Part shown: positions 11,554 to 22,794 of the stretch, piece after piece
Numbering within the stretch: position 1 is the stretch's first letter
How the letters are laid out: each line of letters begins with the position of its first letter
DNA from: Nitrospirota bacterium
GTDB taxonomy: Bacteria; Nitrospirota; UBA9217
Assembly (NCBI GenBank): GCA_963740085.1
Contig: CAVUCU010000001.1
Coordinates: 896,001-960,000, forward strand
Reading direction: 5' to 3'
DNA length: 64,000 bases
Notes under the pieces: model-generated
Told to the model about the DNA's origin: nothing
Seen by the model: only the letters and a program-made list of their open reading frames with translations
The model's database searches: none
Translations under genes and position numbers: made by a program

Positions 11554-14175
11554 TCAGCGTTTTTCTTCCAACCATCCCTCGGTGGTACGTCGGCCGTGAG
11601 TAACACGACCAGCAACAGAATTGTCTTTGATGCTATACACAATACCGATATGACGAGCCTTCAGACCCAGCAAAGTTCGGACTTCAGAACAGACTGCCAG
11701 ATACCGTTTACTTGGGGAAAGGACTGCTGCTTCCACCCGACACCGCCCCTTTCCAAGGATTTCAGCAACTCTGGTCGTTACTGTATCCCACAATTGCTGT
11801 TCATCAGCACTTCGCGCAATACCATTAAGTAAATCAACCAACGGTTGGAGGCGCGGATTACCGCTAGTTGTCGTAAATTGGAAATGGATTGGCAGGCCGG
11901 TCAGTGCACATATCCGGATATCTTCGGGGTGGTATTTTTGTCCACTCCAAATACAGATTCTGGCTTCCATGGGAGCGCAATATTTACCCGCAGAGGACCT
12001 AATAGCGATGCTTTCGAGAATGCGAGAACTCGTTAAGCTACTTGACACCAATAACCCTTTGAGAACCCGCTTGCCTGTAACTGCGCATCTCTCTAACTCG
12101 GATGGCAAAACCCGTTTTTGAGTCACTTCGCAGGATTCCAATATCCCTGGCCGGACATATTGTCCTGTTACTGCACATTGTTCTGCTTCGGCTATGGTCA
12201 TTGATTGCCTGGTCACATAGCACTGAATGAATTCCTGCTTATGCCCGATTTTTCCAGAAACATCTGATCTGACCTGTTCGTCAACGCGATAGTACTTTCC
12301 TGACACCTCGCTAGTGGCAAGTTCGGTATTGAGAACTTCGGTTTTTGTAAAGTCACATCTTCCGAAAAATTCAGGTTCCGCCCGTTTACCGCTAAGGGCC
12401 GATGTCTTTAGGAGGGATCGTGCAACAAGGCGTCCGCTGACCTCTGACACCTCTGCTTCGTCCTTGAGAATGCGTTTTCCGCTTAATGCGCATATTACAA
12501 TAAATTCCGGCAGGGCAAATCTCGAGCTGATCTCAGACTGTGACAGGAGATGCTTTAGTACAAGTGACCCTGATATTTCGCATTTTTTGAGACATGTCTT
12601 AGGAACAGTCTTGCCTGATTTAGCACAGACAGCCAATACCGGAGCGTCGATTAATTCTCGTGTATGCGGTCGGACGTCCAGAATGGTCTCGTATTCATTT
12701 TCAGCCTCAATCGCATATTTCGCCTTTACTTTTACTTGACGATATACTTTCCCCTCAAGTGCAACAATCGTCATCTCAAGCCGCGGCGAAAACTCGTCTT
12801 CTAATTTCTTCTTTTTCCTCTCATCTGTACCTGCTGCTTTCATTTCTTCTGCTCGTCTTTCCAGGTAGAAACGGGAAAACTCAGAGATGGCAGCATCTAA
12901 TTTAGCTGCCTCGGAAAGATGACTTAAGTTGATTCCAATGGTTTTCGGATTCTCGATTGTGTGCGGTAAAGGACCCAGTCCTATACTGCCTATCTGTTCG
13001 TTATGATCGCGAGGTTCACAGTTAATTGACACAAGACGTTCATAACTGTCATAGGCAACTGTAGCCCGAACACGTATTATTGCCGTACCATCAAAATAGC
13101 GATTAACATCTTCGATTTCGATTCCTTTTGACCGGCCGTTGAAGGATACTACCCAATCGCGAGCTATCTCCTCGCTGTCCTTAGCAGGATTTCCATCTAA
13201 ATCATCGACATCATAAACTCCTGTAGCAATAACACGCCCTACTAGCCTAATGAAAGCATTAGTGCCAGGTGCATAGAGAGCACTTTTTGTGCCTTCAGGT
13301 GCATTTTCCACGAATCGTATATATTCGCGACTGCCGTCTTCTTCAACTAGATATAGGTCGTGTGCCTTGGGCGTAATGTGAGCCCCTAAACTGTCGAATG
13401 CAGCTATCGTAAAAGTAGTTGGTTCCATAGAATGGCTGGGTCTTGGCAAATTGGGAGCACGAGGCCCGATATACCCAACGCCCTCCATTCCGCCAAGCAT
13501 CGCATTTATACTAGCTTCTTCTTGTTCCAGCGTTTTTTTTGCTTCAACAATGCTTTCCTCCGCCTTGCGAGTTGCCACCTCAACGTCCTTGCCGGCAAGC
13601 GCCGCGACGACGAGCTGACGAATCCTTTCGTCAAAACTGGATGCCCCGTTTTCATCGTCATCATTGATGCCGGATGCTTCAAGCAGAGATTCAATGTCTC
13701 CGATTGCATGGGAAGCCATCTGAAGTTTTTCCATCAATCGTCCAACGATATACTCCTCAAAGGTGCCGCGAAGCATGATGTTAAATATACCGACACTAGC
13801 ATATTCAGATGCCAAGCGCTGTATGCGTCCGATACGTTGTTCAACAATCATCGGGTTCCAGGGTAGGTCATAGTTGACGAGTACATTAGCCACCTGCAGA
13901 TTGATACCTTCCGACCCCGCTTCGGTAGAAACAATAACATGGCACCCGGGCGGATTATTTTTGAAGCGCCTGATAGTCTCCTGATTTCGCGGACCCGATG
14001 ACCCATTAATAATCCCGACTTTGAGACCTTGTTTTTCCAGATAATTCACGATGGTGGTCTGAGTCTCGATACGTCCAGTAAACACTACTAGCCGCCAACG
14101 TTCCGGATTCTCCTGTTTTAATTTTTCAATAAGCCCCGCGAGTCCTATAAGCTTTGCACTTGCAGATATCGCAAA
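11554..14175 (-). pseudogene. SNF2-family helicase, 5'-truncated (helicase C domain plus long C-terminus with 15-aa repeats)
   Basis: STEAGSEGINLQ, NYDLPWNP, EQRIGRIQR present; frame open upstream (SAKLIGLAGLIEKL..RLVVFTGR) until a stop near 14197; no Walker A or DExH motif. Confidence 0.8.
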
Positions 14176-14186
14176 GTTGAGTGGTG

Positions 14187-14315
14187 TGTCGGACAGCTAC
14201 GATGATTTTTGACCAGTAAGACGAACATTATCAGTCGTATACAGTGTCGGACAATTGTCCGACAACAGGGTGTGAATAAGTGGCCCAAAGCCGCAATAAA
14301 ATAGCGTCGGACAGT
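14187..14315. promoter_or_regulatory. repeated GTCGGACA sites with a perfect 20-bp palindrome upstream of xis
   Basis: TGTCGGACAATTGTCCGACA at 14245-14264; extra half-sites at 14188 and 14306. Confidence 0.55.
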
Positions 14316-14411
14316 GTAAGACATGAAAACATTGTTGTGTTGCCAACACAGCACAACACAGCAAATGGAGGAGTTCTTGATCAATTCTTCATGTAACAGA
14401 GTGAAAAGAGT

Positions 14412-14618
14412 ATGAGGCTGGTATCCATCAAAATAGTTGCTGAATTCCTGATGATAAAGCAATCAACGATTTATTCCTGGGTTCACAAGGGTTCAATCCC
14501 CTTTCATAGGCTGAATGGCCTGGTGCGGTTTGACATGGACGAAATCGAGGCCTGGGTAAAATCCTCGAAACAGAGCAGTGCATCCGGCAGCGATATAGAA
14601 TCAAAAAGGAACCGATGA
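14412..14618 (+). CDS. excisionase-like HTH protein
   Basis: VAEFLMIKQSTIYSWV..IPFHRL..LVRFD..EIEAW; upstream of integrase. Confidence 0.85.
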   Translation: MRLVSIKIVAEFLMIKQSTIYSWVHKGSIPFHRLNGLVRFDMDEIEAWVKSSKQSSASGSDIESKRNR

Positions 14619-14728
14619 GGGGCATCGATGAAGTTGTCAGAAAGGCAATTGATGGGGTCAAGGGAAACAGGTATAATCCCTCCAACGGGAAACCAGGCCT
14701 AAATCAGGGTCTCAGGAAGGAGGACTAA
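14615..14728 (+). CDS. 37-aa ORF coupling xis to int (possibly the frameshifted xis tail)
   Basis: ATGA overlap with xis stop and TAATG overlap with int start. Confidence 0.45.
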   Translation: MRGIDEVVRKAIDGVKGNRYNPSNGKPGLNQGLRKED

Positions 14729-15798
14729 TGGGATTGTATAAACGAGGCCAGGTCTGGTGGATGGGATTTACGTACCAGGGAAAACGGATAAAGAGATCCA
14801 CGGAAACAAAAGACAAGAAGCTGGCAGAAAAGATTCATCACAAGGTCATGACCCAGATTGCCGAGGGCAAATGGTTTGACGTTGACGAGGGAAGCAAGAG
14901 GACGTTCCTGGAGCTTGCGGAGCGGTACGAATCAACGGACTTCAAGGAACTGAAAAGCTGGCAGTCCGTTGAAAGCTACTTGAAGCAGATAAAGGAATTC
15001 TTCGGGCCGCACACCGTCTCCCAGATCAACCCTGCGCTGATCGAGGATTTCAAGCAGAAGCGAAAGTCAGCCGGGGACCAGCCTTCAACAATCGTGCGAA
15101 AGCTGACCATCCTGAAAAGGATATTCAACCTCGCAAAGAAGCGCTGGATGTGGGTAAAGGATGTTCCGCCTATCGAGATGCCTGCCAAGGCAGACAGAAA
15201 GCGGCTCCGTTACCTTTCCTTCGCAGAATACCACAAGCTGCTCGGCAAGTGCGAACCGTGGCTTCACGGACCGGTGATCGTCGCGGCCTGGACAGGGTTA
15301 CGGAAAGGCAATGTCCTGAACTTGAAGCGAAGCCAGGTGAACATCTTCAACCGAACGATCTCGCTGGACGGGTCTGAAACTAAAAATGGCGAGCATCTGA
15401 TCATCCCGGTCGCAGCGCCGGCACTTGAGGCGATCAAGGACGCCATGAAGGTGACGCACCTGAACAGCCCCTATGTGTTCTGCACAGCAGACGGCAAACC
15501 GTACTCCTCCATGGAAGTGCAGCGGGCATTCAAGGATGCTCTCACAAAAGCGGAGATTGAGGACTTCCGGTTCCATGATCTCCGGCACTGCTTTGCATCA
15601 TGGAACAGGCAGGCGGGTGTCGATCTCGACACGCTCGCCGATCTCATGGGCCACAAGGACACGCAGATGACCCGGCGCTATGCGCACATCGGGCCGCAAC
15701 ACCTTGCGGATGCGGTGGCACAGTTGGAGAAAAGCTACCTGAAATTCGGTACAATTTTGGAACAGTCCAAAGAAAAAGAGCTACAGCTTGCGCCGTAA
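14728..15798 (+). CDS. tyrosine recombinase / phage-type integrase
   Basis: TGLRKG, FRFHDLRH, LMGHKD..MTRRY catalytic residues; N-terminal arm-binding-like domain; ends just before the att copy. Confidence 0.95.
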   Translation: MGLYKRGQVWWMGFTYQGKRIKRSTETKDKKLAEKIHHKVMTQIAEGKWFDVDEGSKRTFLELAERYESTDFKELKSWQSVESYLKQIKEFFGPHTVSQINPALIEDFKQKRKSAGDQPSTIVRKLTILKRIFNLAKKRWMWVKDVPPIEMPAKADRKRLRYLSFAEYHKLLGKCEPWLHGPVIVAAWTGLRKGNVLNLKRSQVNIFNRTISLDGSETKNGEHLIIPVAAPALEAIKDAMKVTHLNSPYVFCTADGKPYSSMEVQRAFKDALTKAEIEDFRFHDLRHCFASWNRQAGVDLDTLADLMGHKDTQMTRRYAHIGPQHLADAVAQLEKSYLKFGTILEQSKEKELQLAP

Positions 15799-15811
15799 CT
15801 CTTTGATTAGT

Positions 15812-15858
15812 TGGCGTCCCCAAGGGGATTCGAACCCCTGTTATCGCCGTGAAAGGGC
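15812..15858 (-). repeat. att site: 47-bp copy of the tRNA-Glu 3' end
   Basis: Identical to 30630-30676. Confidence 0.95.
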
Positions 15859-16084
15859 AATACGGTGCATTTTCAACAAAATAACACAAGTGGGCGATTG
15901 GCAACGGTTTTGAGCTAACGTTATAAAATTACATATGAAATAATCTATTTTGGAGATTCTGTCCATTCTGTCGATTCCGTTTGTTTCTGTCCACTGAGCG
16001 GAATTCTACTACAATTCTACGACAGTCTACGACAGGTGATATATACCCCAATTCACCTTTTCTGACTTTCTATAGATACTCTGT

Positions 16085-17302
16085 TTATCTTGCCTGTGTC
16101 GGATACAACTCCGGAAAGTACCATCCTGCCGCATGGATGGGAAACCCTAATTTCACCTCTCCCTTCGGAGTATCCGAAACCAACAATCCTTCCTCAAGAA
16201 GTAGTCCCAGAACATTCCTTCCAGTACGTTCTTTCAAGCCCGAGGCCTGGATGATCTCTCCGCGCGTTGACACACCGCGTACCAGGACTTCTTGAAGCAT
16301 CCTAGACGCTTCGGTCCGGAGCGGTTCTTTTTTCCCCAATGGGCTGAGGATCATCCGCCTGTCACGAAGGTCAACGTAGTTCTTGATCCGTTGAACAAGT
16401 TCCTCCAACCGCAGCATATTGCCCATGTATTCCACCTGGTCAAGGCAAACCTCAAGAAAGAAGCGGCAAAAACGTATCAGCCCTTCATTCGACAGATTGC
16501 CTCTGCCGTCAAGGTCGTTACGGCGAGGAGCGTCCGCCCAGCTCAGCGCGGCTTTATAATCAGCGTTCCGGTGGGCAAGCCCTCGACTCACCGACCAAAG
16601 ACCGAAACCAAGTACTGGAATCCGCTGAAAATATGCTTCTGTTAAAAGCCGCACCACGCGGCCATTACCGTCGAGAAAGGGATGAATCCACATAAGCCGA
16701 TGGTGGGCGGCCGCCAGAGCAACAAGCTTTGTTGCGCCGTGATGTCGGTCCAGCGCATAAAATTCCGCGAATCTATCGAGCAAGCCCTCCAAAGAACCGC
16801 TTTCGGGAGGCACATGATAGCCCACCTTAACCGCCTCGTTGCGCAGCTCGCCCGGAACAACCCGGCTTTCCTTCCCGGTTCGCGGGTCTGTCACAATCCA
16901 GAATTCTTCCGGCAGCTGCCGGTAAAACTCCCGATGGAGATAACAGAGGAATTCACCACGCGCAACGTTGATTTCAGGTTCTTCCCTCAGTCTTTTTTCC
17001 ATATCCTTTTGAACGGCAATATGGGCGACACTTTCTATTTGAAGATTGCGTTTTGCCGGTTCGGCGTCATAATGCTTCTCCATCGCGCGCACGATGTCGT
17101 AAGGATGCGTGTTGTGCCCCTCGATCAGATTGGAATAATAGCTGTTGATAATCCGAAGCAGTTCAGTCAGCGAATTCAGCGTTACGGGATGCTGCCGATT
17201 TCCGAGAGCGGAGGATTTCTGGATCACCGTTAGCGCCAGATCTTGGAGATCCTCGGCCCCCTCGGGTAGGAGAGGTGTCATTTGATTTATTTCTGTCGTC
17301 AT
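16085..17302 (-). CDS. Fic family protein with C-terminal HTH
   Basis: HPFLDGNGRVVR Fic motif; SYYSNLIEG inhibitory-like helix. Confidence 0.93.
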   Translation of the reverse strand: MTTEINQMTPLLPEGAEDLQDLALTVIQKSSALGNRQHPVTLNSLTELLRIINSYYSNLIEGHNTHPYDIVRAMEKHYDAEPAKRNLQIESVAHIAVQKDMEKRLREEPEINVARGEFLCYLHREFYRQLPEEFWIVTDPRTGKESRVVPGELRNEAVKVGYHVPPESGSLEGLLDRFAEFYALDRHHGATKLVALAAAHHRLMWIHPFLDGNGRVVRLLTEAYFQRIPVLGFGLWSVSRGLAHRNADYKAALSWADAPRRNDLDGRGNLSNEGLIRFCRFFLEVCLDQVEYMGNMLRLEELVQRIKNYVDLRDRRMILSPLGKKEPLRTEASRMLQEVLVRGVSTRGEIIQASGLKERTGRNVLGLLLEEGLLVSDTPKGEVKLGFPIHAAGWYFPELYPTQAR

Positions 17303-17619
17303 ATAAGCTTCATTTACTGCCGATCATATTGCCGATTACAAATAGCCATAACCATACATTATAATTGACATAATATCAAGTTAAATAAAATATACAAGCG
17401 CTATATTGCCGATATGTTTGCCGTTACTATTAACGCACTGCCAGAGCCGGTTATATAATTTCAGAATTTAGCCTTTTATTCCCCGCCACCAACATATCGT
17501 TGCAAGTCCCCGAAGCTCTCACGTAGATGTATTTTGCGCACTACCGAAACGTATATCCTCATAAGGTGGGTTCCAGGGTAAAAATTGAAAACTAATTGGG
17601 GGTGCTATACTTGATGTAT

Positions 17620-18795
17620 TTACATAAGTGCCGATAATGCGGACTTGAACCATTCGAAGCCGATCCTTTCTTGCTCTAGACGCAGATTTTTGCGTATTCG
17701 GTTGTCTCGCAAATCATCATATAGTCCCATTTCCTCCCGATTCAGCCTAGACAAGTCGCGCAGTATCTGTTTCTCTTCCACTCCCCATAGCGATTCAAAT
17801 GCCCGCAAAGTGTTGCGGTCCATCAAAAATGACTCCACGTGATCGAACATGCTGCGTAACTGATCAAGGATCGCGAAGCCGTGGGTGTCAATATCACCCC
17901 AATAATATATGCGGCAGCGTGAAAGCCATTCGGCTTTGCTCAACATCTCGAAACCATATCCCGCACCGAAGATGACCAAGCTGTCCTTGACTTGCGGAAA
18001 GGCTAAGAAGTTGATCTCGTTCTCTGTAATGAAAACAAACTCAACATTGGGATCGAGTCGGGCAAAGTTCTCAGTATCAAGGGTGATGTCCTGAACAAAG
18101 GCGCCCGGCAATAGTGCGCGCTCTGGATCGAGAATGCGAAAACGGATGCGCAGCGATTTGTCACAGAATCCATAACGCTTTGCGAATTGGCTCGTTCCGG
18201 AGGCTGTCGGATCAATCGCCGTGGGCGGCAAGACTATATCCAGCAACTCAACGAGCACACCACGATGGGCTTCGATAAACTTGCTGTGTACTCCTGGTAT
18301 GTCTACCTGCCTTAAATATACGCCAGAGCATGGATGTGCCTGCATCCAATCGACGATTTCTAACAACAGACCCCACTCGTTGGAAAGCTCCAGCCCGCGC
18401 ATTGGCCGTTTGGCCAGCCAGCTCAGTAATTTTGGCTGGCGCTTGCGTGTCAAGTCGGTCAACGCAGCAAAGCGGGCGACATCTCGTTGTTTGCCGATGA
18501 GCGCCAATGCATCTTCGACGGTATCGATCCAGATTTCACTGGGTATAGAGTTTGCGCCGAACACACGGTGCTTGAACTCCCGCACCTCCACCCGGCAGTG
18601 AGACATCGCACGAAGCTCACTGATCCAGATGCGTGCTTCTTCAAAGCGATCGGCCATTTCAGATGACGTAGGACCCTTGAGCACCAAACGCTTCGGGAAT
18701 AGTGACTCTCCAGTGACACAACTGGCCAGCAGTGCCCCTCGATCCCATAACTTTTGTACCTGGGCGCGCAATTCGACCGGCCTTGTCCAAGTCAT
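17620..18795 (-). CDS. jetD: Wadjet nuclease JetD (DUF3322/DUF2220, Toprim)
   Basis: [42 protein letters not shown]. Confidence 0.92.
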   Translation of the reverse strand: MTWTRPVELRAQVQKLWDRGALLASCVTGESLFPKRLVLKGPTSSEMADRFEEARIWISELRAMSHCRVEVREFKHRVFGANSIPSEIWIDTVEDALALIGKQRDVARFAALTDLTRKRQPKLLSWLAKRPMRGLELSNEWGLLLEIVDWMQAHPCSGVYLRQVDIPGVHSKFIEAHRGVLVELLDIVLPPTAIDPTASGTSQFAKRYGFCDKSLRIRFRILDPERALLPGAFVQDITLDTENFARLDPNVEFVFITENEINFLAFPQVKDSLVIFGAGYGFEMLSKAEWLSRCRIYYWGDIDTHGFAILDQLRSMFDHVESFLMDRNTLRAFESLWGVEEKQILRDLSRLNREEMGLYDDLRDNRIRKNLRLEQERIGFEWFKSALSALM

Positions 18796-21700
18796 CTGAC
18801 TATCCTCGCCTTTTCCGCGCGATATTCCTCAATCGAGAGATTGCGCAGTTTGGAAGCACGGCCTTCCTCGTTCTGTACAAATCCCACACTGGAAACGAAA
18901 GGTTCGATGATGTGAATTTTTTGCAAAGGCGTGACAATCAGGATCTGCAGGTTTAGTTGGGCAAACAATCTCAAGCCGTATTGTGCGGATTCGTCTGATC
19001 CACGCCCGAAGGCTTCATCAATGACCACGAAACGGAAGGATCGGGAACGTACTGCTCCCCATTCAAGGCCGAACTGATAGGCCAGGCTCGCCGCAAGTAT
19101 TGTATAGGCCAGTTTCTCTTTCTGACCTCCCGATTTGCCACCCGAGTCTGAATAGTGTTCGTATTCTTTATTGTCCTCGCGCCAACGCTCACTGGCGGCA
19201 AACACAAACCAATTACGCACATCGGTGACCTTGGTGGCCCAGCGCCGGTCCTGTTCGGATAGTCCCTCTCGTCCGCGGAAGCGCTCGATGATGTACTTGA
19301 CTTGCAAAAACTTCGCTTCAGAATATTGGGTATCATCAGAACCGGTCAGCGCCCCTTCGGTACAAGCGCGCAGTTCGGTCTGGAAATATCGGATGTCGGC
19401 ATCCGGCGTTGGTTGAGCTTCCAGCACGATATAACGGCCGGTGTTGTAGTCGATCTGGGTAAGCGACTTATTGATGTGTGCGATACGCTCCCTGATCGTT
19501 TCTCTCTCACGAGCCAACTGCGACTGAAAATGCGCCACCTCACGTATCGTGTTCTCGTTCAGCAGTTCCTTGAAACGCGCCTCGAAGCGAGGAAGATCGT
19601 CGGTTTGAAGAGTGTCAAGCATACTTCGGTATTCAAACGCAGCATCTATGTTTGCGTCTACCTCTGAAGTTTCAAGTTTGAACTCTTCTTTGTATGCCGA
19701 CATCGCCTGGATGATCTTATCCCGCAAGCGCTCGAGCTTCTTTACTTCAGCATTGATTTTGGCCTGCAGCCAGTCACGCATATCGCGCTCGCGGTTGTCG
19801 CAGGATTCGACGGTGAGTTGATGCTCACCCAAAGCCTCGTTACGTACAGTATCGAGTCGGTCGAAGTACGTAGCGTGGACATCAATAGCCGGTTCATCCA
19901 GTACTTCTTGCGTTTGAACGCGCAAGTTTTCGGCATCAGTCTTCTTTTGCTCGATTTTGGAACGTTTATCCTTGTGCTCTTCTAGCTGGACTTCTGTGTC
20001 TTTCAATACCGTAACGACCTCATTCAGGCGTTCGGTCAGTTGTTTTAGCACATCGGAGGCAGACTCCAGCCTTTGCTTCTCGTCCGTAAGCTTAGCCACC
20101 TCCATAGCAAGAGACTGCCAGTCGAGTTCGCGGAAATCAGCGTACTCATCAAGTTTCGACAGCGCCGTGAGGCGATCCTTTAGTGCGGTCTGTTCGGCCT
20201 GGATCTTGCTGATAAGGCTACCAAGGTCGCCTAGATTCGTCTCCAATTTCTTTGCTTTGGCTTCGAGTACAGCGATCTTTGCCGTATTGGTCCAACCCAG
20301 TACGTATCGGCTGCGGTCATCCAGCCGGTGGCGATCGTCTTTCTCATGACGCTCGCCAGGTGCCTTAGTCTGTCCCGCACGCGTAATGGCGCGGATCTCA
20401 CGGCGGAATTGCTCCTGCGTAGCGCAGCAGGCCACATCGAAACGGTGAGCCAGCTCGCGTTCCAACCAAGAGTAGAAAGGAGTGTCGGGCTTGATGGTCA
20501 GTTTACGCGCTAGGGAATCCTGGTGCAGGTTAGGTAGTTCACTCCGAAAATTTTGGCGCACCCGGAAATAGACCAAACGTCTCCTGAGGTGAGTTTTATC
20601 GACCCAATCAGCCACATCTGCATAATGCTGATCTGGCACCAGAAGGGACAATCCGAAGTTACGCAGCAGCCGTTCAGCTGCCCCTTCCCAATCACGCTCA
20701 TCGTCGCGCACTTGTAACAGTTCGCCCGCAAAAAGCATATCTGACTCAGGAATACCGAGGGCTTTGCATAGGGCGGTTCGCATGGCCACTTGTTCAGCGG
20801 GGATGTTGCTACGCCGGGCTTTCAGACTGCTGATCTCAGCGGTCAGGTTGTCGTGCTCCTGCTTGCCTTGGAGCAAGCTCACACCATGCTCAGTGAGGTT
20901 GTTTTGCAGCTCCGCTTCGCGCGCTTTCAACCCATTGCTCAAATCTGAGAAACGACTGCGCAGCATAAGAAACTCAGCTTCTGTTTCGGCCGAGCCCTCG
21001 CCCGCGTCGCGTACCAGCATTGTGTATCGTTGAGCTTTCTCCAGTCTCTTTTTCCGCTCTGCATCTTTGCTGCAAATATCGGCAGATAATCGTTCAATCC
21101 GGTCGCCGCCGTTGTCTGCAATACTTTGTTTGAGCTCTCCCTCGCTAATTCGTTGCGCATCATGGAGTGCCTCTAAGCGCTTGATCTGGGTGTCTTGCCG
21201 CCCCCATTCATCCGCAAGGCTGGTAATATGCTTTTTCAAAAGCCCAAGTTTCAAACCTGCGAAGTAGGGTCTGAGTGCCTCGCGGCAAGCTCTGAGTTCA
21301 CCAACTTGCGAGACATATGACGAATGTCGCTCACAATCGCTGACCAAGGGCGTCAGAACCTCTACCTGTCGCTTGGCCTTGAGTACGGCTTCGTGAGCCC
21401 TGTTAAGATCATCAAAATGTCCAATTAAGGCAGCGATACGTGGCTTAACATCGAAAGGTTCGAGCATATGGCTGCGGACGAAGTCGGTTAGGTTGCCCAC
21501 CGACTTCATCGACACCGTTTGATGAAACAGCTCCAGCGCCTGTTCGTTCTCAATGCCAAAGCGACGACGAAACCAGGCACCGTAAGGCGGAAAGGTATCG
21601 TTCACTTCCGCGCCCAATCCACGTAGTTTCTTCCGTAATCCCACAATGTCGGAGCCAAAGTTGAAGAAGTCTTTCGCAATCGACATATCGCGTTCCGCGC

Positions 21701-22166
21701 AGACAAAAAAACGCGCGGGTTGCCCTTGGCGCTCTGTCATCCAGAAAACCTGGGCCAGCGTCACCGTCTGGACATAACCCGCATTATGAAAAACACCTAG
21801 AATCACCGAAAAATTGTTGTGATCGCGTAGCGCCACGGGTTTGGCGGCGCCGCTATCCTCATTGCGCTCGGACTTATAATGCCCGAGAACATAGGATCGC
21901 AGAGTGCGCTCTTTGTTGTCGGCCCCGGCTGCCTTGTTATAAGCGATGCGGTGCGCCGGCACCAACAGCGTCGTGACTGCATCCACCAGCGTCGACTTGC
22001 CCGATCCGATATCACCGGTGAGCAACGCGTTTTTACCATCGGGATTCAGTACCCACACACGGCTATCGAAGGTGCCCCAATTGAAAACTTCCAGGCGATG
22101 CAAACGGAAGCCCGAGAGCGTATCGTCGGCCACAAAATCCAGACCCATGGTTTCCGCATCATTCAT
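18792..22166 (-). CDS. jetC: Wadjet SMC-like ATPase JetC
   Basis: [15 protein letters not shown], long coiled coils, [16 protein letters not shown]. Confidence 0.93.
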   Translation of the reverse strand: MNDAETMGLDFVADDTLSGFRLHRLEVFNWGTFDSRVWVLNPDGKNALLTGDIGSGKSTLVDAVTTLLVPAHRIAYNKAAGADNKERTLRSYVLGHYKSERNEDSGAAKPVALRDHNNFSVILGVFHNAGYVQTVTLAQVFWMTERQGQPARFFVCAERDMSIAKDFFNFGSDIVGLRKKLRGLGAEVNDTFPPYGAWFRRRFGIENEQALELFHQTVSMKSVGNLTDFVRSHMLEPFDVKPRIAALIGHFDDLNRAHEAVLKAKRQVEVLTPLVSDCERHSSYVSQVGELRACREALRPYFAGLKLGLLKKHITSLADEWGRQDTQIKRLEALHDAQRISEGELKQSIADNGGDRIERLSADICSKDAERKKRLEKAQRYTMLVRDAGEGSAETEAEFLMLRSRFSDLSNGLKAREAELQNNLTEHGVSLLQGKQEHDNLTAEISSLKARRSNIPAEQVAMRTALCKALGIPESDMLFAGELLQVRDDERDWEGAAERLLRNFGLSLLVPDQHYADVADWVDKTHLRRRLVYFRVRQNFRSELPNLHQDSLARKLTIKPDTPFYSWLERELAHRFDVACCATQEQFRREIRAITRAGQTKAPGERHEKDDRHRLDDRSRYVLGWTNTAKIAVLEAKAKKLETNLGDLGSLISKIQAEQTALKDRLTALSKLDEYADFRELDWQSLAMEVAKLTDEKQRLESASDVLKQLTERLNEVVTVLKDTEVQLEEHKDKRSKIEQKKTDAENLRVQTQEVLDEPAIDVHATYFDRLDTVRNEALGEHQLTVESCDNRERDMRDWLQAKINAEVKKLERLRDKIIQAMSAYKEEFKLETSEVDANIDAAFEYRSMLDTLQTDDLPRFEARFKELLNENTIREVAHFQSQLARERETIRERIAHINKSLTQIDYNTGRYIVLEAQPTPDADIRYFQTELRACTEGALTGSDDTQYSEAKFLQVKYIIERFRGREGLSEQDRRWATKVTDVRNWFVFAASERWREDNKEYEHYSDSGGKSGGQKEKLAYTILAASLAYQFGLEWGAVRSRSFRFVVIDEAFGRGSDESAQYGLRLFAQLNLQILIVTPLQKIHIIEPFVSSVGFVQNEEGRASKLRNLSIEEYRAEKARIVR

Positions 22167-22794
22167 TGACAGCCCCTCTGGAGGTCACAACGATTTGTGT
22201 CTGATAGGCTGCCAATCGCGTATCGAAATCGGCCAGCCATTGCGCGTCGACAAAAGCCTTAAGGATGCGCCGAACCTCGAACATTGCTGCTTGCCCTGGA
22301 CTCGGTTTAAGTCTGCGCAGAAATCCCAATTCAACGATTTTATTAAGATGAGTTTCAATCTGGTCTATCAACTTGGCTTCATTACTGCTCTCGGGCAGGA
22401 ACACACGGATCAACTCTACGATCTCATCACGGGAAAGCACAAGTCGCGTGTCGCCGCCGCTCGCGTCAAACTCAGCCAGCTTTTTTCGCAGTAGCGCCAA
22501 CAGTAAGCTCACCGGAAACGACAATTGACGCCTCGCCACTAACCGCGGAAACTTTGGAGCTGAGTCGTCTTCGTTTTCCTGGCGCGAGCGTAAGAAGGCA
22601 TAACCCTCGGCCTCGTCAAACACCAGATCCAAGCCCAGTACCGCCATATAGTCACGTACGCAGGCTTGCAGGTTGAGCAAAGCATTCCAAAGGCCGGCGT
22701 CAGCTTCTTGATAGATCACGCCTTTTAGTAAGGTAATAACCAATTCAGATAAATTATTCGTTGGTGCGTCATTTTGAAGTTCTTGCTCTGACAT
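22159..22794 (-). CDS. jetB: Wadjet JetB (DUF4194)
   Basis: [48 protein letters not shown]. Confidence 0.9.
   Translation of the reverse strand: MSEQELQNDAPTNNLSELVITLLKGVIYQEADAGLWNALLNLQACVRDYMAVLGLDLVFDEAEGYAFLRSRQENEDDSAPKFPRLVARRQLSFPVSLLLALLRKKLAEFDASGGDTRLVLSRDEIVELIRVFLPESSNEAKLIDQIETHLNKIVELGFLRRLKPSPGQAAMFEVRRILKAFVDAQWLADFDTRLAAYQTQIVVTSRGAVNE

Larger units (their letters stand above)
8721..15858. mobile_element. integrative element B at tRNA-Glu (xis-int, TA modules, truncated helicase)
   Basis: Flanked by tRNA 3'-end direct repeats; integrase next to the right att; arm-like sequence CAATTTTGGAACAGT at both ends (8897-8911, 15752-15766). Confidence 0.88.

Noticed and set aside
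14168-14182. TCGCAAAGTTGAGT at the helicase breakpoint as an IS6-like end
   Set aside because: Only partial resemblance; no partner end or transposase found
8721-15858. tRNA-like sequences at 8721 and 15812 as extra tRNA genes or CRISPR repeats
   Set aside because: Only the 3' 44-47 nt are present and they are kilobases apart; these are att sites
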